Of a DNA stretch of 64,000 bases, positions 13,401-51,203 are shown one piece after another; the stretch's first letter is position 1, and each line of letters opens with the position of its first letter. The translations under genes were made by a program, and so were the position numbers. The DNA is taken from contig MU057202.1 in assembly GCA_013239625.1 (NCBI GenBank), positions 3,485,101 through 3,549,100 of the forward strand, in the 5' to 3' direction. This stretch comes from Lama guanicoe (Eukaryota). The notes beneath the pieces were generated by a model. The model worked only from the letters and a program-made list of their open reading frames with translations. It was not told the origin of the DNA and searched no databases.

Positions 13401-14539
13401 GGGTCTCGCTCACACTGCCGCCGGTGTGCACAGAGCTCCCTCCAGAGGCTCCAGGTCGGGCTGGGGGCGGACGAGTGGACGGTTCTCTCCTCAGGCCGCC
13501 TTCCTGGGCTTGCCTTGCTGGCTGCACCCCTCACAGGCCTGGGCAGGGGGCCCCTGTGCCCCCCCTTCCCGGTCACCACAGGCCACCTGACACAGGGCGA
13601 GAAGGAGCCAGTCCCTCTCAGCTGTGCGGGTCGGCTGACGGCCCTGCTGGGGCGTGCCCACCCTGCCCCCTTCCCATGCCGGGCTCTCAGCAGCGGGGCT
13701 GCCCCGGCCTCTTCCTGGTCTTGGGCCCCACACCAGCCTCCACACAGCAACCGACGGGTCTACTGTCAATATGCTGGCCGCTCACGCCCTGCCAGCCTCA
13801 GAGGAAATTCAGACTCGTTTGCGGAACCCCGAGTCCTCTTGCCCTGGCTGCACCGTCCCTCCCTTCGACCCCAAAGTCCTGGGCTGGGCCTTCCCTGTCT
13901 GGTCGGACACACCAGCTCTGCCCCACGACTACCAACCAATCGCTTCTTGCTCCCTGAGCACTGCCCTCGAGACAGCACCCTGCAGGCTGGCCCCATGGGC
14001 CCACAGGACGTCCTCATGGGCAATGGGGCCACATGTCCACAGCCACACACGCAGGCCCACGGAAGAGCCAGCATCTGACCTGCTCCTGGGCCCACCCACC
14101 ACCCCAAAAATCCAAAGCCGTAGGGTTTTCCCGAGTGCTTGCAGCAGCCTCTCCCTGTCTCCATTTCCACCCCGACTTCCGTCCCAGCCAGGAGCCTTTC
14201 AATATACTGCCCGCATAAGGCCTCCAGTGCACTTATGAGACCACGATGACGTGTGCACCCTCTCCCGTCAGCACATCACCCTCACTGCCACAGCTCCAGG
14301 GGCCCCGGCAAGCTGGACCCCACTGTGCTTCCCAGAGCTGCCCTGCCTGCTCCCTGCCTGTCCAGACTCTGAGGGGGTGCCACTCCCACCCAGCCTACCT
14401 GGGCTGTTGATTAACTTGTTTAAGGTGTGTTACCCCACTGGCTGCTGCCCGTGCAGAGCTCTGGAATTGGACCCCAGCTCTGCCTCACGGGCCGTACACC
14501 TCTAACAGTTACTGGGGACCCCTAAGGGCTTTTGTCGAT

Positions 14540-14760
14540 ATGGGTTACATCTGTCAGTAGTGGCCATGTTAACTATTTTGATAATGTTGATTCTTCCTAT
14601 CCAAGAGCACAAGACATCTTTCCATTTCTTTGTATCATCTTCAATTTCCTTCGTCAGTGCTGCACAGTTTCCAGGGTACAGGTAGCCTCCTTGGTTAAGT
14701 TTATTTCTGGGTATTTTGCTGGTTTTGATGCAATGGAAATGTTTATGCCTGTTATAAAAT
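14540..14760 (-). mobile_element. LINE-1 ORF2 fragment (end of RT domain)
   Basis: Minus-strand translation KEIEDDTKKWKDVLCSWIGRINIIK matches the L1 ORF2 motif [25 protein letters not shown]. Confidence 0.88.
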
Positions 14761-14799
14761 TCTGGGTTTTGAACTGCAAAAAAAAAAAAGTGAATGAAG

Positions 14800-15340
14800 A
14801 GCCACAAATGGCAAAATATCCTCCTTTTTTTGCGGGTGAGCCGTGCTCCATCCCATGTATGTGCTGCACCTTCTGTGTTGTCACTTGTCCAGATGTGCTC
14901 TAGGATGCCTGCCTGTCCTGCTGATTGGGAACAGTGCTGCTGTTAACAGGGGGTGTATGTGTCTTTTTGAATTAATGTTTTTGTCTTTCTCAGGTATATG
15001 CCCAGGAGTGCAGTTGCTGGGCCACATAGTGGTTGTTTTTAGGTTTTTGAAAAACCTCCATATTGTTTCCCATGGTGGTCGCACAGTTTGCATTCCCACC
15101 AACGGCGTCTAAGGCCTCCCTTTTCTCCACATCCATGCCAACATTTGCTATTTGTGTTCTTTTTGGTGATGGCCATCCTGACAGGTGTGAGATGGTGTCT
15201 CACTGTAGTTTGACCTGCGTTTCCCTGACACTGGCGAGGTCAGGCAGCTTTTCATGTCCTTGTTGGCCATCTGCATTTCCTCTTTGGGAAAAATGTCTTT
15301 TCAGTTTTTCTGCCCATATTTTAAATGGGTTGTTTGTTTG
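14800..15340 (-). mobile_element. LINE-1 ORF2 C-terminal fragment
   Basis: Minus-strand translation WETIWRFFKNLK...PLLTAALF and plus-strand TTGCATTCCCACCAAC and CATCCTGACAGGTGTGAGATGG are typical antisense L1 ORF2 C-terminal sequence. Confidence 0.88.
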
Positions 15341-17169
15341 TTTGCTTTTTAATTGAAGTACAGTTGATTTGAAATGTTTTATTTAAAAAAAATTAAAACA
15401 GTATCGGCCATATTAAGGATTAAAACTAAGGCTTTTGAGAAACACTTCTGTATTTTTGGGGGGGTTCTTAACAGACTTTATTTTTTTACAGTTTTAGGTT
15501 CTCAGCAAAATTGAGTGGAAAATGCAGAAAATCCCCATATACTCTTGCCCCTGTTGCCACACACTTCTGTGTTAAATCAAGAAAAATAACAATAGTTAAG
15601 TCCATATCTTTAAAAAATGAAAACTAATTTTATCTCCCAGGGCAAAAACTTTCAGTGAGAAGAGTGGTGTTCTTTTACTGTTCGCGCCTCTTTAAAGTCT
15701 GGGTGAACTGGAGACACGTGGAATCTCACAGCTGCCCTGCGTCCGATCGGCCGTGATGAGCGGTCCTGGTCAGAGCACATGAAGGAAGTCCAGCCCACGC
15801 GGACATATGGCAGGAAAGGAGCACTGAGGACTGTGGCCTGTGGCCTGGCTAGAGTGCAGTGAGCGTGCTGGGTCCAGCTCACCCCGACACACTCTGGACG
15901 TGCTATGACCCGCTTCTGTCTCCAGGCTCGTGCCCAGAGCTGGCCAAGAGCCACAGCAAGGAGTCCCCTCAATGTGGACATGCCTGGCGGTGTGTGCCAG
16001 GGGGGAGGGGGGCCCTCCCCATGTGGTCGCCCTGGACTTCTTGAGACCCTGGGGCCTGCCTCGGGCCCCCCACCACAGCTCCGGGATGGCAGGAGCCCCA
16101 CATTCTGTGGCTCCAGGCTGGGGGAGTCTGCTCGGCATCTGGGAGGCCTCCTGGCCGCATCCTGCACATCAACTTATCCATACAGGGCAGGTGGGGAGCC
16201 TGAGGGGGGTTAGGTCCTGCTGCCTACCTCTCCGAGACCAGGTGTTCCTCTGTTTTCAAAATGTGAAACAGAGACTGGGGAAGCAGCTTGTTGCTGGCAG
16301 AGAAGACAGCTCGCTCCCTCCTGATGAGCAGCTATGAGCCAAGTTTACAAGGTCCCCTTATGGCCGCTCATCTTCAGAAGAGGCTATGCCTGTGGCTTGC
16401 TCTTACTGTAGCCCTGGAATCCTACAAGGTTTCCCTCTGTAATGCACAGCAGGCTTGGATTAGGAGTGCTTGCTCCACTTTGCCTGAGGTCAGTTTCTGC
16501 CTCCAACCCCCCCCACCACAGTTTTGGTTAAGAAATACATTTTACTTGGTGGCTCAGAGCACACACACCAGAAGAAAACTGTAACAAAATGTAGCCTTAA
16601 AAATGCTGCCTGTAACTGTCTAAGTTGATTTTTGGCCCACTAATAACTTGCTACTTTCTGCTTACAAAATAGGGGTCCAGATACGGCGTCCCTTTATTAA
16701 CACGGGAAAGGATGACCACTACCACCTGTCACATCAACCCCAACTTTCTTACTCTTGTCATTTTGAAAGCAGCAACAGCATCAGCCGACTGAGTTTTCTG
16801 TTCCTTTGACTTTTTTTCTTAAAGGCACAATTCACGCTCTTTACAGAAACCTTGGAAAAGATGGCAAAGCCAAGCCTCTCTCTCAGCCCTCATCCCGTCC
16901 CAAAGACAAACCCTGTGATTTCTTTTCCTCCCAGACCTGTGGTCACACTTCAGGACCGGGCTGACTGCATTCTTCTGTGACAGGAATAAAACGGGCACTG
17001 ATCCCGCCAGGTAACCTAAGCTTGAGGTTTTAAAAACTAACTTCTTTCTTCCCAACTCAGCCATCTGAGAGCAACTTTCCTTTTTAAGATAACACCCTGA
17101 GATATAATCATAACGTTCACCCTTAAAGATGTGAGCAGTTCACACATCTTGTGGTTTCGTTCTGCCCGC

Positions 17170-17732
17170 CTAACTGCCGAACACTCCCCAGGCTCGCTCC
17201 CTAGCCTCGGCGTGCCGGTCTGCACGCTGGGCGCAGGGCCCGGCCCAGGACCCGCGGAGACCCCGCCCGCGGCCACGTGCGCAGCGCCCTCCTGGTCCGG
17301 TGCGGCGCGGCGCCAGCTTCCTGGCACCTACTGGTTTAAATTTCAGCTGAAAGCAGGGCAGCATTTTTCTCCTTCCCAGGACAGCACCGGTTTAACGTCC
17401 CCGAGGAGCCGCGCCGTCCACCCATACCAGGACGGCGACGACCACTCCAAGACCTCCGACGTCCCCAGGCCCCGCCCGGAAAAACCGCGCTGCGGCGCAT
17501 GCGCGGCAGGCGCTGCCCGAGAGGGCCCGCGCGCGCGCGCTCGGGCGCATCCATCTCCTGACAACTCCCCCCCGGCCTCCGCACCGATGGTTCCGGCCAC
17601 GGCGGGGCGGGGCCAGGCCGCGGCGCGAAAATCGGCGGGAAGAAAGGAGCCACTTCCGCCCGCGGTCCCGCGGTTCCAGGTCCGGCTGCACCCGCACCCG
17701 CACCCGCTCCCGCTCCCGCTCCCGCTCCCGCC
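17170..17732 (+). promoter_or_regulatory. CDT1: CDT1 CpG-island promoter with E2F, Sp1, NRF1 and ETS motifs
   Basis: GCGCATGCGC (NRF1) at 17495..17504, GC box at about 17603..17612, E2F sites GGCGCGAAA at 17622..17630 and GGCGGGAA at 17634..17641, CACTTCCG (ETS) at 17651..17658. CDT1 is an established E2F target. Confidence 0.8.
17691..17732 (+). repeat. (CCCGCN)7 hexamer tandem repeat in the CDT1 5' UTR
   Basis: CCCGCA x2, CCCGCT x4, CCCGCC, followed immediately by the ATG. Confidence 0.9.
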
Positions 17733-21691
<3,959 letters not shown>

Positions 21692-21889
21692 GCCTGCTGG
21701 GCGTGCCGACACAGCCTGGCCTCTGTGCCTGGGCCTTACTCCCTTCAGAAGACGACGCACTTTGCTCTCCCTGTCCAGAGTCCCCAGGAGGGTCGCCTGG
21801 GTGCTGGCTGCTGGGCTTGAGGGTCTCCAGCCAGTGCTGTTGGCCCCCCTGTATACAGGGTGCGAGGAAGTGGGGTCAGGGAGGGGGTC

Positions 21890-22215
21890 CCGTTGGTGGA
21901 ATAACCCTCCCAGTTGTCCACATGCGCTCTCCAGGTGGTCCTGGCATCTCCAGGTGGATGCAGGGTCCTCTTGAGAGGAAGACATGCAGAATCTGAGATT
22001 GGAAAATGAAGGCAGGGGCCACGAGCCTGGGGAACACAGGTGCCTTTAGGAGCTGGGAGAGCCCAGAACTGGCCCTCCCAGGTCCTCCTTGGAGCCTCCA
22101 GAAATCAGCCCTGCGACTCATGCCTTGGTTTTTGTACTTGGTCTCTAGAGCTGTAAGATAAAGTTGTAAGTCTGCACATGGGTGTGACGAGTTACAGCAG
22201 CAGGGGAAGCCCTGC
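21890..22215 (+). mobile_element. MLT1 (MaLR) solo LTR in the CDT1 3' UTR
   Basis: GAAGGCAGGGGCCACGAGCC, GGAGCCTCCAGAAA, AGAGCTGTAAGATAAA and terminal GTTACAGCAGCA resemble MLT1 LTR consensus landmarks in sense orientation. Confidence 0.7.
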
Positions 22216-22341
22216 TGTGCTCAGAGGACTCCCCCAGTGGGAGCCACCAACTGCTAATGTCACCAAGTGCTCAGCCCGCCGGGGGGGCCTCTGCACCTTC
22301 CACCCTGGACACTGGGAAGGAGACACTGCTCTAGAAAGTTG

Positions 22342-22347
22342 TTTATT
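22342..22347 (-). terminator. APRT: APRT polyadenylation signal AATAAA
   Basis: TTTATT on the plus strand, about 255 nt downstream of the APRT stop codon. Confidence 0.8.
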
Positions 22348-22601
22348 CATATTCTCACTGCACTGTAGACACGCCTGTAGTGGTCTGGGTTTGGCTGGCT
22401 CCAGCCACCAGCTCCAGGCCTTGGCAGTTCCAGAACCCACAGGAGGGCTCCAGGCAGCAACCTGCCTGGAGACTCAGCCACAGGGACAGGAAAAAGTCCA
22501 GGTGGGCAGCCAGGGCCCCTGTTGGCCAGTGCGGGGGGGGGGGTCACTGGCCACCAAGGCCAGCCCTCTCCCCTTGCAGTTGGTGTGGGCCATGGCTGGG
22601 G

Positions 22602-24606
<2,005 letters not shown>

Positions 24607-25210
24607 CGTGGCTCCGCACGCGTCTCGGACACGAGGGGCGGGCTCTAGCGGGGCCCGCCCGTCTCCTGCAGCCGTCTCCTGCAGGAGGTACTGTCTTTCG
24701 TCGATTCTTAAGTGCTACCTGCCTATAGGCTCGTGCTTGTTTCTTGTCCCCTGAACACAGGCGTCCCCGCCTCAGGGACGCTCGCGCGGGGCCCAGGTGC
24801 GAGTCAGGGTTGACGGAACACGGCGTCCACGCAGGCCCGCACTCACCCCGCCGGTTCTTCCTTCCCTCCCGGGCGGGTCTTGACTGAGCTGCTGCGCGGT
24901 GCGAGGGCGCCGGCGCGCGCACGGGGCGCAGGGGGCTCGGCCGGGCTCGGAGCGGTCCCGAGCGGGAGTGCTGTGCAGCGGCCTGGAGGGGAGGGCCGGA
25001 GCTGGGGAGCAGTTCCGGGAGGATCAGCGGCCCGCGGAGGGGCGAGCCAGAGGGGCAAGCCCGGGCCTTTGATGCCCGGCTCCCGCAGGGCCCGCAGTGG
25101 GAGGTAGCCCTTCCCAGCCCGGCTGGACCCTCGGCAGGGTGGGGAGGAGGGAGTGACGGGATGCTTAGCCGGGGCGGCCGCAGCACCCCTCCCTCAGCCT
25201 TGGGGCGGCA
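24607..25210 (-). promoter_or_regulatory. APRT: APRT CpG-island promoter (GC boxes)
   Basis: CpG-rich with GGGCGG boxes (about 24635, 24655, 24871, 25171) directly upstream of the APRT ATG. Confidence 0.7.
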
Positions 25211-25307
25211 GTGCCACCCCACTTCGCCGCCACCATGGTGCTCAGAGGGGGCAACTTCCCCCGAAACAGAATCTCATTTTGAAAAAAAGACTGCTTAAAT
25301 GTGTTCC

Positions 25308-25313
25308 TTTATT
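25308..25313 (-). terminator. GALNS: GALNS polyadenylation signal AATAAA
   Basis: TTTATT on the plus strand, about 750 nt downstream of the GALNS stop; U-rich sequence follows on the minus strand. Confidence 0.75.
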
Positions 25314-26061
25314 CTAAAACTGTTTTCTTCGTAATTCCCCAATCTTACACCAGTACAGATTTGGCACGACAGTCTGCAGAGTGGAAGCCCCACTTGGGGT
25401 TGAAATGGTCCAGGGGCCTTCAGGGCGAGGGCGCTGGAGTCTGCACAGGGCTCTTGTGATTTCGCTGGTGAACGGGCTTATCCTTAAGCTCTGCCACCCT
25501 GGGCCCGAGGGGAGGGTCGGCAGGGCAGCTGTGAGGCAGACAGGCCCCAGAGTGTGCTGGGGTCAGGCGTGGGGGGCTTGGATCTCTAAGGAAGGGGTGG
25601 CATCAGCTGTCCCCACTTGGCTGTGGAGGGTCTGGGTCAGGGAGGCCCGTGGCCTCCTCCCTTTCATGTTCCCAGTCCCCCACCGTGGGGGATGCCAGGG
25701 TATCCCCTCTGCACAGCGCCAAGGGGTGACAGGATTGTCATGGCTGCCTTGGACACCAGGCCTGAAGTACTCGGGGCCAGCCGGGAGGTAGTTGGAGCAG
25801 AGGGGGAGGGCATGAGTCGCACAGGGGTCCTGAGACCCGCTGGGCAGCATCCAGTTCAGGGGCTGCTCTGGGCCTGAGGCGGCAGTGACTGAGGAGTAAC
25901 TCCAGGGCCCAGCTCAGGTAAATAAGCGCAGCAGGTGGTGTCCGTCTGGCACAGGACACTTGGTGCTCTTCCAGCACAGCAGCCCTGAGGCCGGAGCCTT
26001 CCTAGCCGCCGGCACTTGCAGGGTCTGGAGATCCTGGACCTGGCTGGAGCCCAAGGAGGCG

Positions 26062-46970
<20,909 letters not shown>

Positions 46971-47184
46971 GGCAACCACGCCGAGCGCCGCCGAGCCCCG
47001 GAGCCGCGGGAACCGGGCCGTCGAAGTGGGAGGCCCTTCCGGCCGGGCGACGGGGCGGGGCCGGACCAGCAGAGTGACAGGAGGGGCGGGGTCAGGGCTG
47101 CTCGGAAGACAGACAGGTGGGCGGGGCCTGGCCGGCCGCGTGACCGGCGCTGCCGTCACGTGACGCGTCGGCCGGGCTTCCAAG
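46971..47184. promoter_or_regulatory. GALNS/TRAPPC2L bidirectional CpG-island promoter
   Basis: Divergent ATGs at 46970 (-) and 47185 (+) with only 214 nt between them. GC boxes at about 47052 and 47083, CLEAR/E-box palindrome GTCACGTGAC at 47155..47164, YY1 motif CAAGATGGCGG over the TRAPPC2L ATG. Confidence 0.9.
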
Positions 47185-50100
47185 ATGGCGGTGTGCGTGG
47201 CGGTGATCGCCAAGGAGGTGCGTACGCGGGCGGGCGGGCCGCTCCGGCGCCAGCCTCGCTCTCCGCCTCCCCTCCCCTTCTCCTTCCCAGCCCCGGGGGC
47301 TCCGGAGGGGGCCCGGGGGCTTCGCCGAGCCCAGGAGGCCAGGGGCGGGCCCGCGGGAGGCGCCGCCCAGACCTGCACCTGCCGCCGGCACAGGCCGGAT
47401 CCTCCCCTTCAGTCCCGACCTCCGCTCCGCCCAGCGGTCTGTCCGCGGGCTCTGTTGGTTCTTGCTCCCCAGCTTCTGTCCATCCTGCTCCGCCCACCCG
47501 GACGACTGACAGGCTTATCTGTGCTCAGCAGCCAGAGGTCCGACCGTGGCTCACCCTTGGCTAAAATCTCTTCAGTGGCTTCTCGTTGCCGTGGGATCAC
47601 GTCTGAATGACCCCCCTCCCCATACCACTGACACCCTCCTCTCAACCAACGGAATTACTGGTAGCCACCCCGCCCCCGGCCGGCGCTGCTCTCTCACCTC
47701 CGGGCCTCTCAGCTGGACCCCTCCCTTCCTCCCGGACTCCCATCCCCTTCACTGGCCACTACACGTGTCATTTTCTCTGGAAACTGTTTCTGAAGCCTAA
47801 GACTGAGTTGCGTGGCCATCCACACGCTCCCGCTGCACAAAGCCTTGGTGTCCTCCCGGGCCTTCTGTAAGGCCAGGCTTCTGCAGTGGTCCTCTCCTCA
47901 GGTTCTTGGCCTGTTGGCTTCTCTCTTAGCACGTGCTACGTTGTTCATCAGTTGACGGATTTGTGGACTGTCTCCTTCACCCGATGTCATCCCCATTAGG
48001 CCAGGGACAACGTCTTGTACACTGTGTCTGGGCGGCACCAGGCTTGGGCCAGAAGCAGTGAATTGTGGCCTGTGGGAGCCTGGGGAGGACACATAACTCC
48101 GGGGTTAGGTCGGTCAGAAATGGCTATGGAGAGATGAAAGGAGGCCTGCGCTGAGCCTTGAAGGGTTCAGAGCGGGAGCATGGCAGTGCCTCTGCCAGGC
48201 GACAAGACTGTAGTAGCTCAGGTATTGGGAACCAGCCAGTATTTCGGGGCGGGAGGAGAGCACGTGCTAGGAGTCGGCCCCCCTGCTGTGGAAGGTGAGT
48301 GACCCGACAGGGCTGGTGGTCAGGCTGCACTCAGACCCGCTTTTCAGAGCTATCCTCTTCCTGGCCACCCCAGTGATGCTCCTGTGCAGATGGGGCGAGA
48401 ACCTCCTCAGACTAGATCAGGTTCTCTGAAGACAGATTGTAGCATTGAGCAGGTGGTTTTAGGGAGTGAGAGCGTGTGGGTGCTCGGCCAGTCCTCCCTC
48501 CTGAGGGTCCTGTGTCAGTGCACATGGGGTGGACTCCCGTCACTTCAGCCAAGTCACCCTTTCTTGCAGAATTACCCCCTTTACATCCGCAGCGTCCCCA
48601 CGGAGAGTGAGCTCAAGTTCCACTACATGGTGCACACGTCCCTGGACGTGGTGGATGAGAAGATCTCTGCGATGGGGAAGGCCCTGGTGGATCAGAGGGA
48701 GCTCTACCTGGGCCTGCTCTACCCCACGGAGGACTACAAGGTGTATCCTCACGCCTGGCAGTGGGTGGCCGCTCTGCAGGGCTTCGCATCGGGGGCTCTG
48801 CCTGTAGTTGGGGGGTGCGCTGGAGCAGCAGGTCCCCTTGGAAGGCATCTAGGCACATCACTTGGAAAAGAAAAAAGATGTGGGCTTTTGGCCAGTGGGG
48901 AGTTAGAGTAGCTCGAGGCCAGCTAGGACCTCCCATTTTTTTTTCTTTAATGAGGAGGATAACGTGGGAATAGCCAGGCTTGAATTGCCTGGAGAACTGT
49001 GACAGTCTGCACCTGTCCCTTGGGTTTGTGGAAGAACTAGGGACTCTCTCACTTGATGCCTGTGAGGACTCCTCTCTGTGTCTTCTCAGAGGGGCCACCA
49101 TCTCCTGAGTAAGGGGTGGTGTTCATTCATGTCACCATCAGGCCCAGCCCCATGAGTCACTGTAAAATTTTGACCAGTTCTTGGGACAAGTGGCCCGAAA
49201 CCCATGGAGTTCAAAGATGTTTCCACAAGCAGTAACGTAACTCACCCAGTGTCGTATGCCTGGGAGCCACTGTTCCACATGAAATAGTGGCCTTTAGAGG
49301 TCTGGGCACCTTAGTTAGGATTTGCCTTATTCATGCAAACTCTGGTTTTGCAGTTAACATTCCCAAGGCAGGAATTGATTCAGAAAGAGGGCAGGTCATC
49401 CTGCAATTTGAGCCATTATAGGGCTTAGCTGCTGCCCTTTGCTCCTCCACTAAATACCAGAAGCTGCCCCAGGGAAGTGTCCAGACACACCCGGCATGGT
49501 CCTGGCACTGCGGATGGACCCAGCTGGTTGTCATGTTTTTCCAAAGCAGCTCAGGAGCTGTGGCACGTGCACAGATGGCCCTCTGCGTGTGTGCACTGCA
49601 CGGCGAGGTGCCTTCGGGCCGCCACGGGTCCCTGTGTCAGGAGCGTGTTCCCTAACCAGCTGTGCAGATACGGCTACGTGACCAATTCCAAGGTCAAGTT
49701 TGTCATGGTGGTGGACTCCTCCAACACGGCGCTGAGAGACAACGAGATCCGCAGCGTGAGTGCAGGGCGGGCGGTGCGCCGGCGGTCACAGGCGTTGAAA
49801 TGCCGAGAGGCCACGTGTGTGGCAGCAGCCGTGTGCACGTGTGGATACAGCATGGTGCTGGCTCTTGTTTTCAGATGTTCCGGAAGCTGCACAACTCCTA
49901 CACAGATGTCATGTGCAACCCCTTCTACAACCCGGGGGACCGCATTCAGTCCAGGTGGGAGACGCCCCCCGCCCCGGGCGGGCCCTGCCCTGCTGAAGGG
50001 GGGAGGGGGAGGGAAGGCCTCTTCAAGCGGCAGGCGCTGTTCTTCTGAGGCGGCCATTCTGAAGCAGCAAGACCCTGTTTTTCCAAACACAGTCCTGCAC

Positions 50101-50765
50101 GGGTCTCCAACATGTAAAACAGACCGGAGGGGAGTTGGGGAGCGGGGCAGGGACAAGGCTCGCCCATCTGGCTTCCCAGGTGCACCCAGCAGGTGCTTGG
50201 GCGCCTACCCAGATCCCAGTGAGGGCCCAGGCATGTGGACAAGAGCATTTTGGGAGAAAGCCCAATTTTGTCTGTAATGTTGAACTTGGACACTTAGGAA
50301 GTTAGGTTGCAGGTATCTTCCCAGCGGCCTTCAGGTAAACACAGACTTAGCCTCACAAGGATGCTTCCCAAAGGAGTGTTCACGTGCACACACTCCAGCC
50401 CTGCTCCCGGAATCCCCTCTGTTCCCAGAAACTTCCCGAGGGGCTCCCTGGAGCCAGCAGGCCCTTCCTGTGGCGCCATCCCTCAGCGGTGACACTGGCT
50501 CGTCCTGGGTCCCAGCCTTGCCTGGAGACCCAGGCAGGGCAGCACCACGGGAAAGCGTGCAGGAATGAGGCCGGAGGCTCAGATTCCCACTGCCTGGTGT
50601 GGCAGGACACAGCCTGGCCTCGGCCGAGGTTACTCATCTGGACCCCGGAGACTGACGTCTCTGCCGGCAGGGGATGGTGGCTAGGGCTGCTTCCCTGACT
50701 GACCTGTTTCTTTCTGCAGGGCCTTTGACAGCATGGTGACGTCCATGATGGTACAGGTCTGCTGA
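47185..50765 (+). CDS. TRAPPC2L: Trafficking protein particle complex subunit 2-like (139 aa)
   Basis: join(47185..47217,48570..48742,49668..49755,49875..49954,50720..50765) = 420 nt. [19 protein letters not shown]...[16 protein letters not shown]...MMVQVC* (sedlin family). Intron 2 is U12-type. Confidence 0.95.
48743..49667 (+). other. TRAPPC2L: U12-type (minor spliceosome) GT-AG intron
   Basis: 5' site GTATCCTC; branch point TTCCCTAAC at 49648..49656, about 12 nt before the AG; no polypyrimidine tract. Confidence 0.88.
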
Positions 50766-51197
50766 GGGGAAGCGTTCTGTACATAACTGCTGTTCAGATG
50801 TATATTTATAACCTTTTACCTCTTCCCGGGTGTCATGGATGTGCCGCAGTGGGGCGGGGCCTCACGCACGCTGCGTGTCCACTAAAGGTCTTGCGAGATC
50901 AGGCTTGGCTTTTTCCTTCTGTGTCAGTAGAGGGTTTAACTCAGTCAAAGAGACTTTACCTGGGAGTTTTCAGGGCCAAGGAAGAGGTCAGAGACCAGAC
51001 AGAGCAGAGAATGTTGTCCCCACTGGGCACAGAGGGGCAGGGGGAGCAGGGTGACAGGAGCTCGCAGAGCTGGGAGCCCAGGAGAGGCTGCGAGGGGACA
51101 GAAGGGCTCCCTGCTCCACCGTCCCTCCCGCCGCACCCTCCAGTGGCTGAGCAGGTGGGCTGGCCTGTTGGGGTCAGCCTCCGGTGCCCAGGGCTGG

Positions 51198-51203
51198 ATT
51201 AAA
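51198..51203 (+). terminator. TRAPPC2L: Candidate TRAPPC2L poly(A) signal ATTAAA
   Basis: First ATTAAA/AATAAA-type hexamer I found after the stop; ACTAAA at 50881 is a weaker alternative. Confidence 0.4.

Noticed and set aside
13127-14238. Three stacked plus-strand ORFs (276, 251 and 194 aa) between PIEZO1 and CDT1
   Set aside because: No recognisable domain or convincing exon structure; composition typical of GC-rich noncoding DNA.
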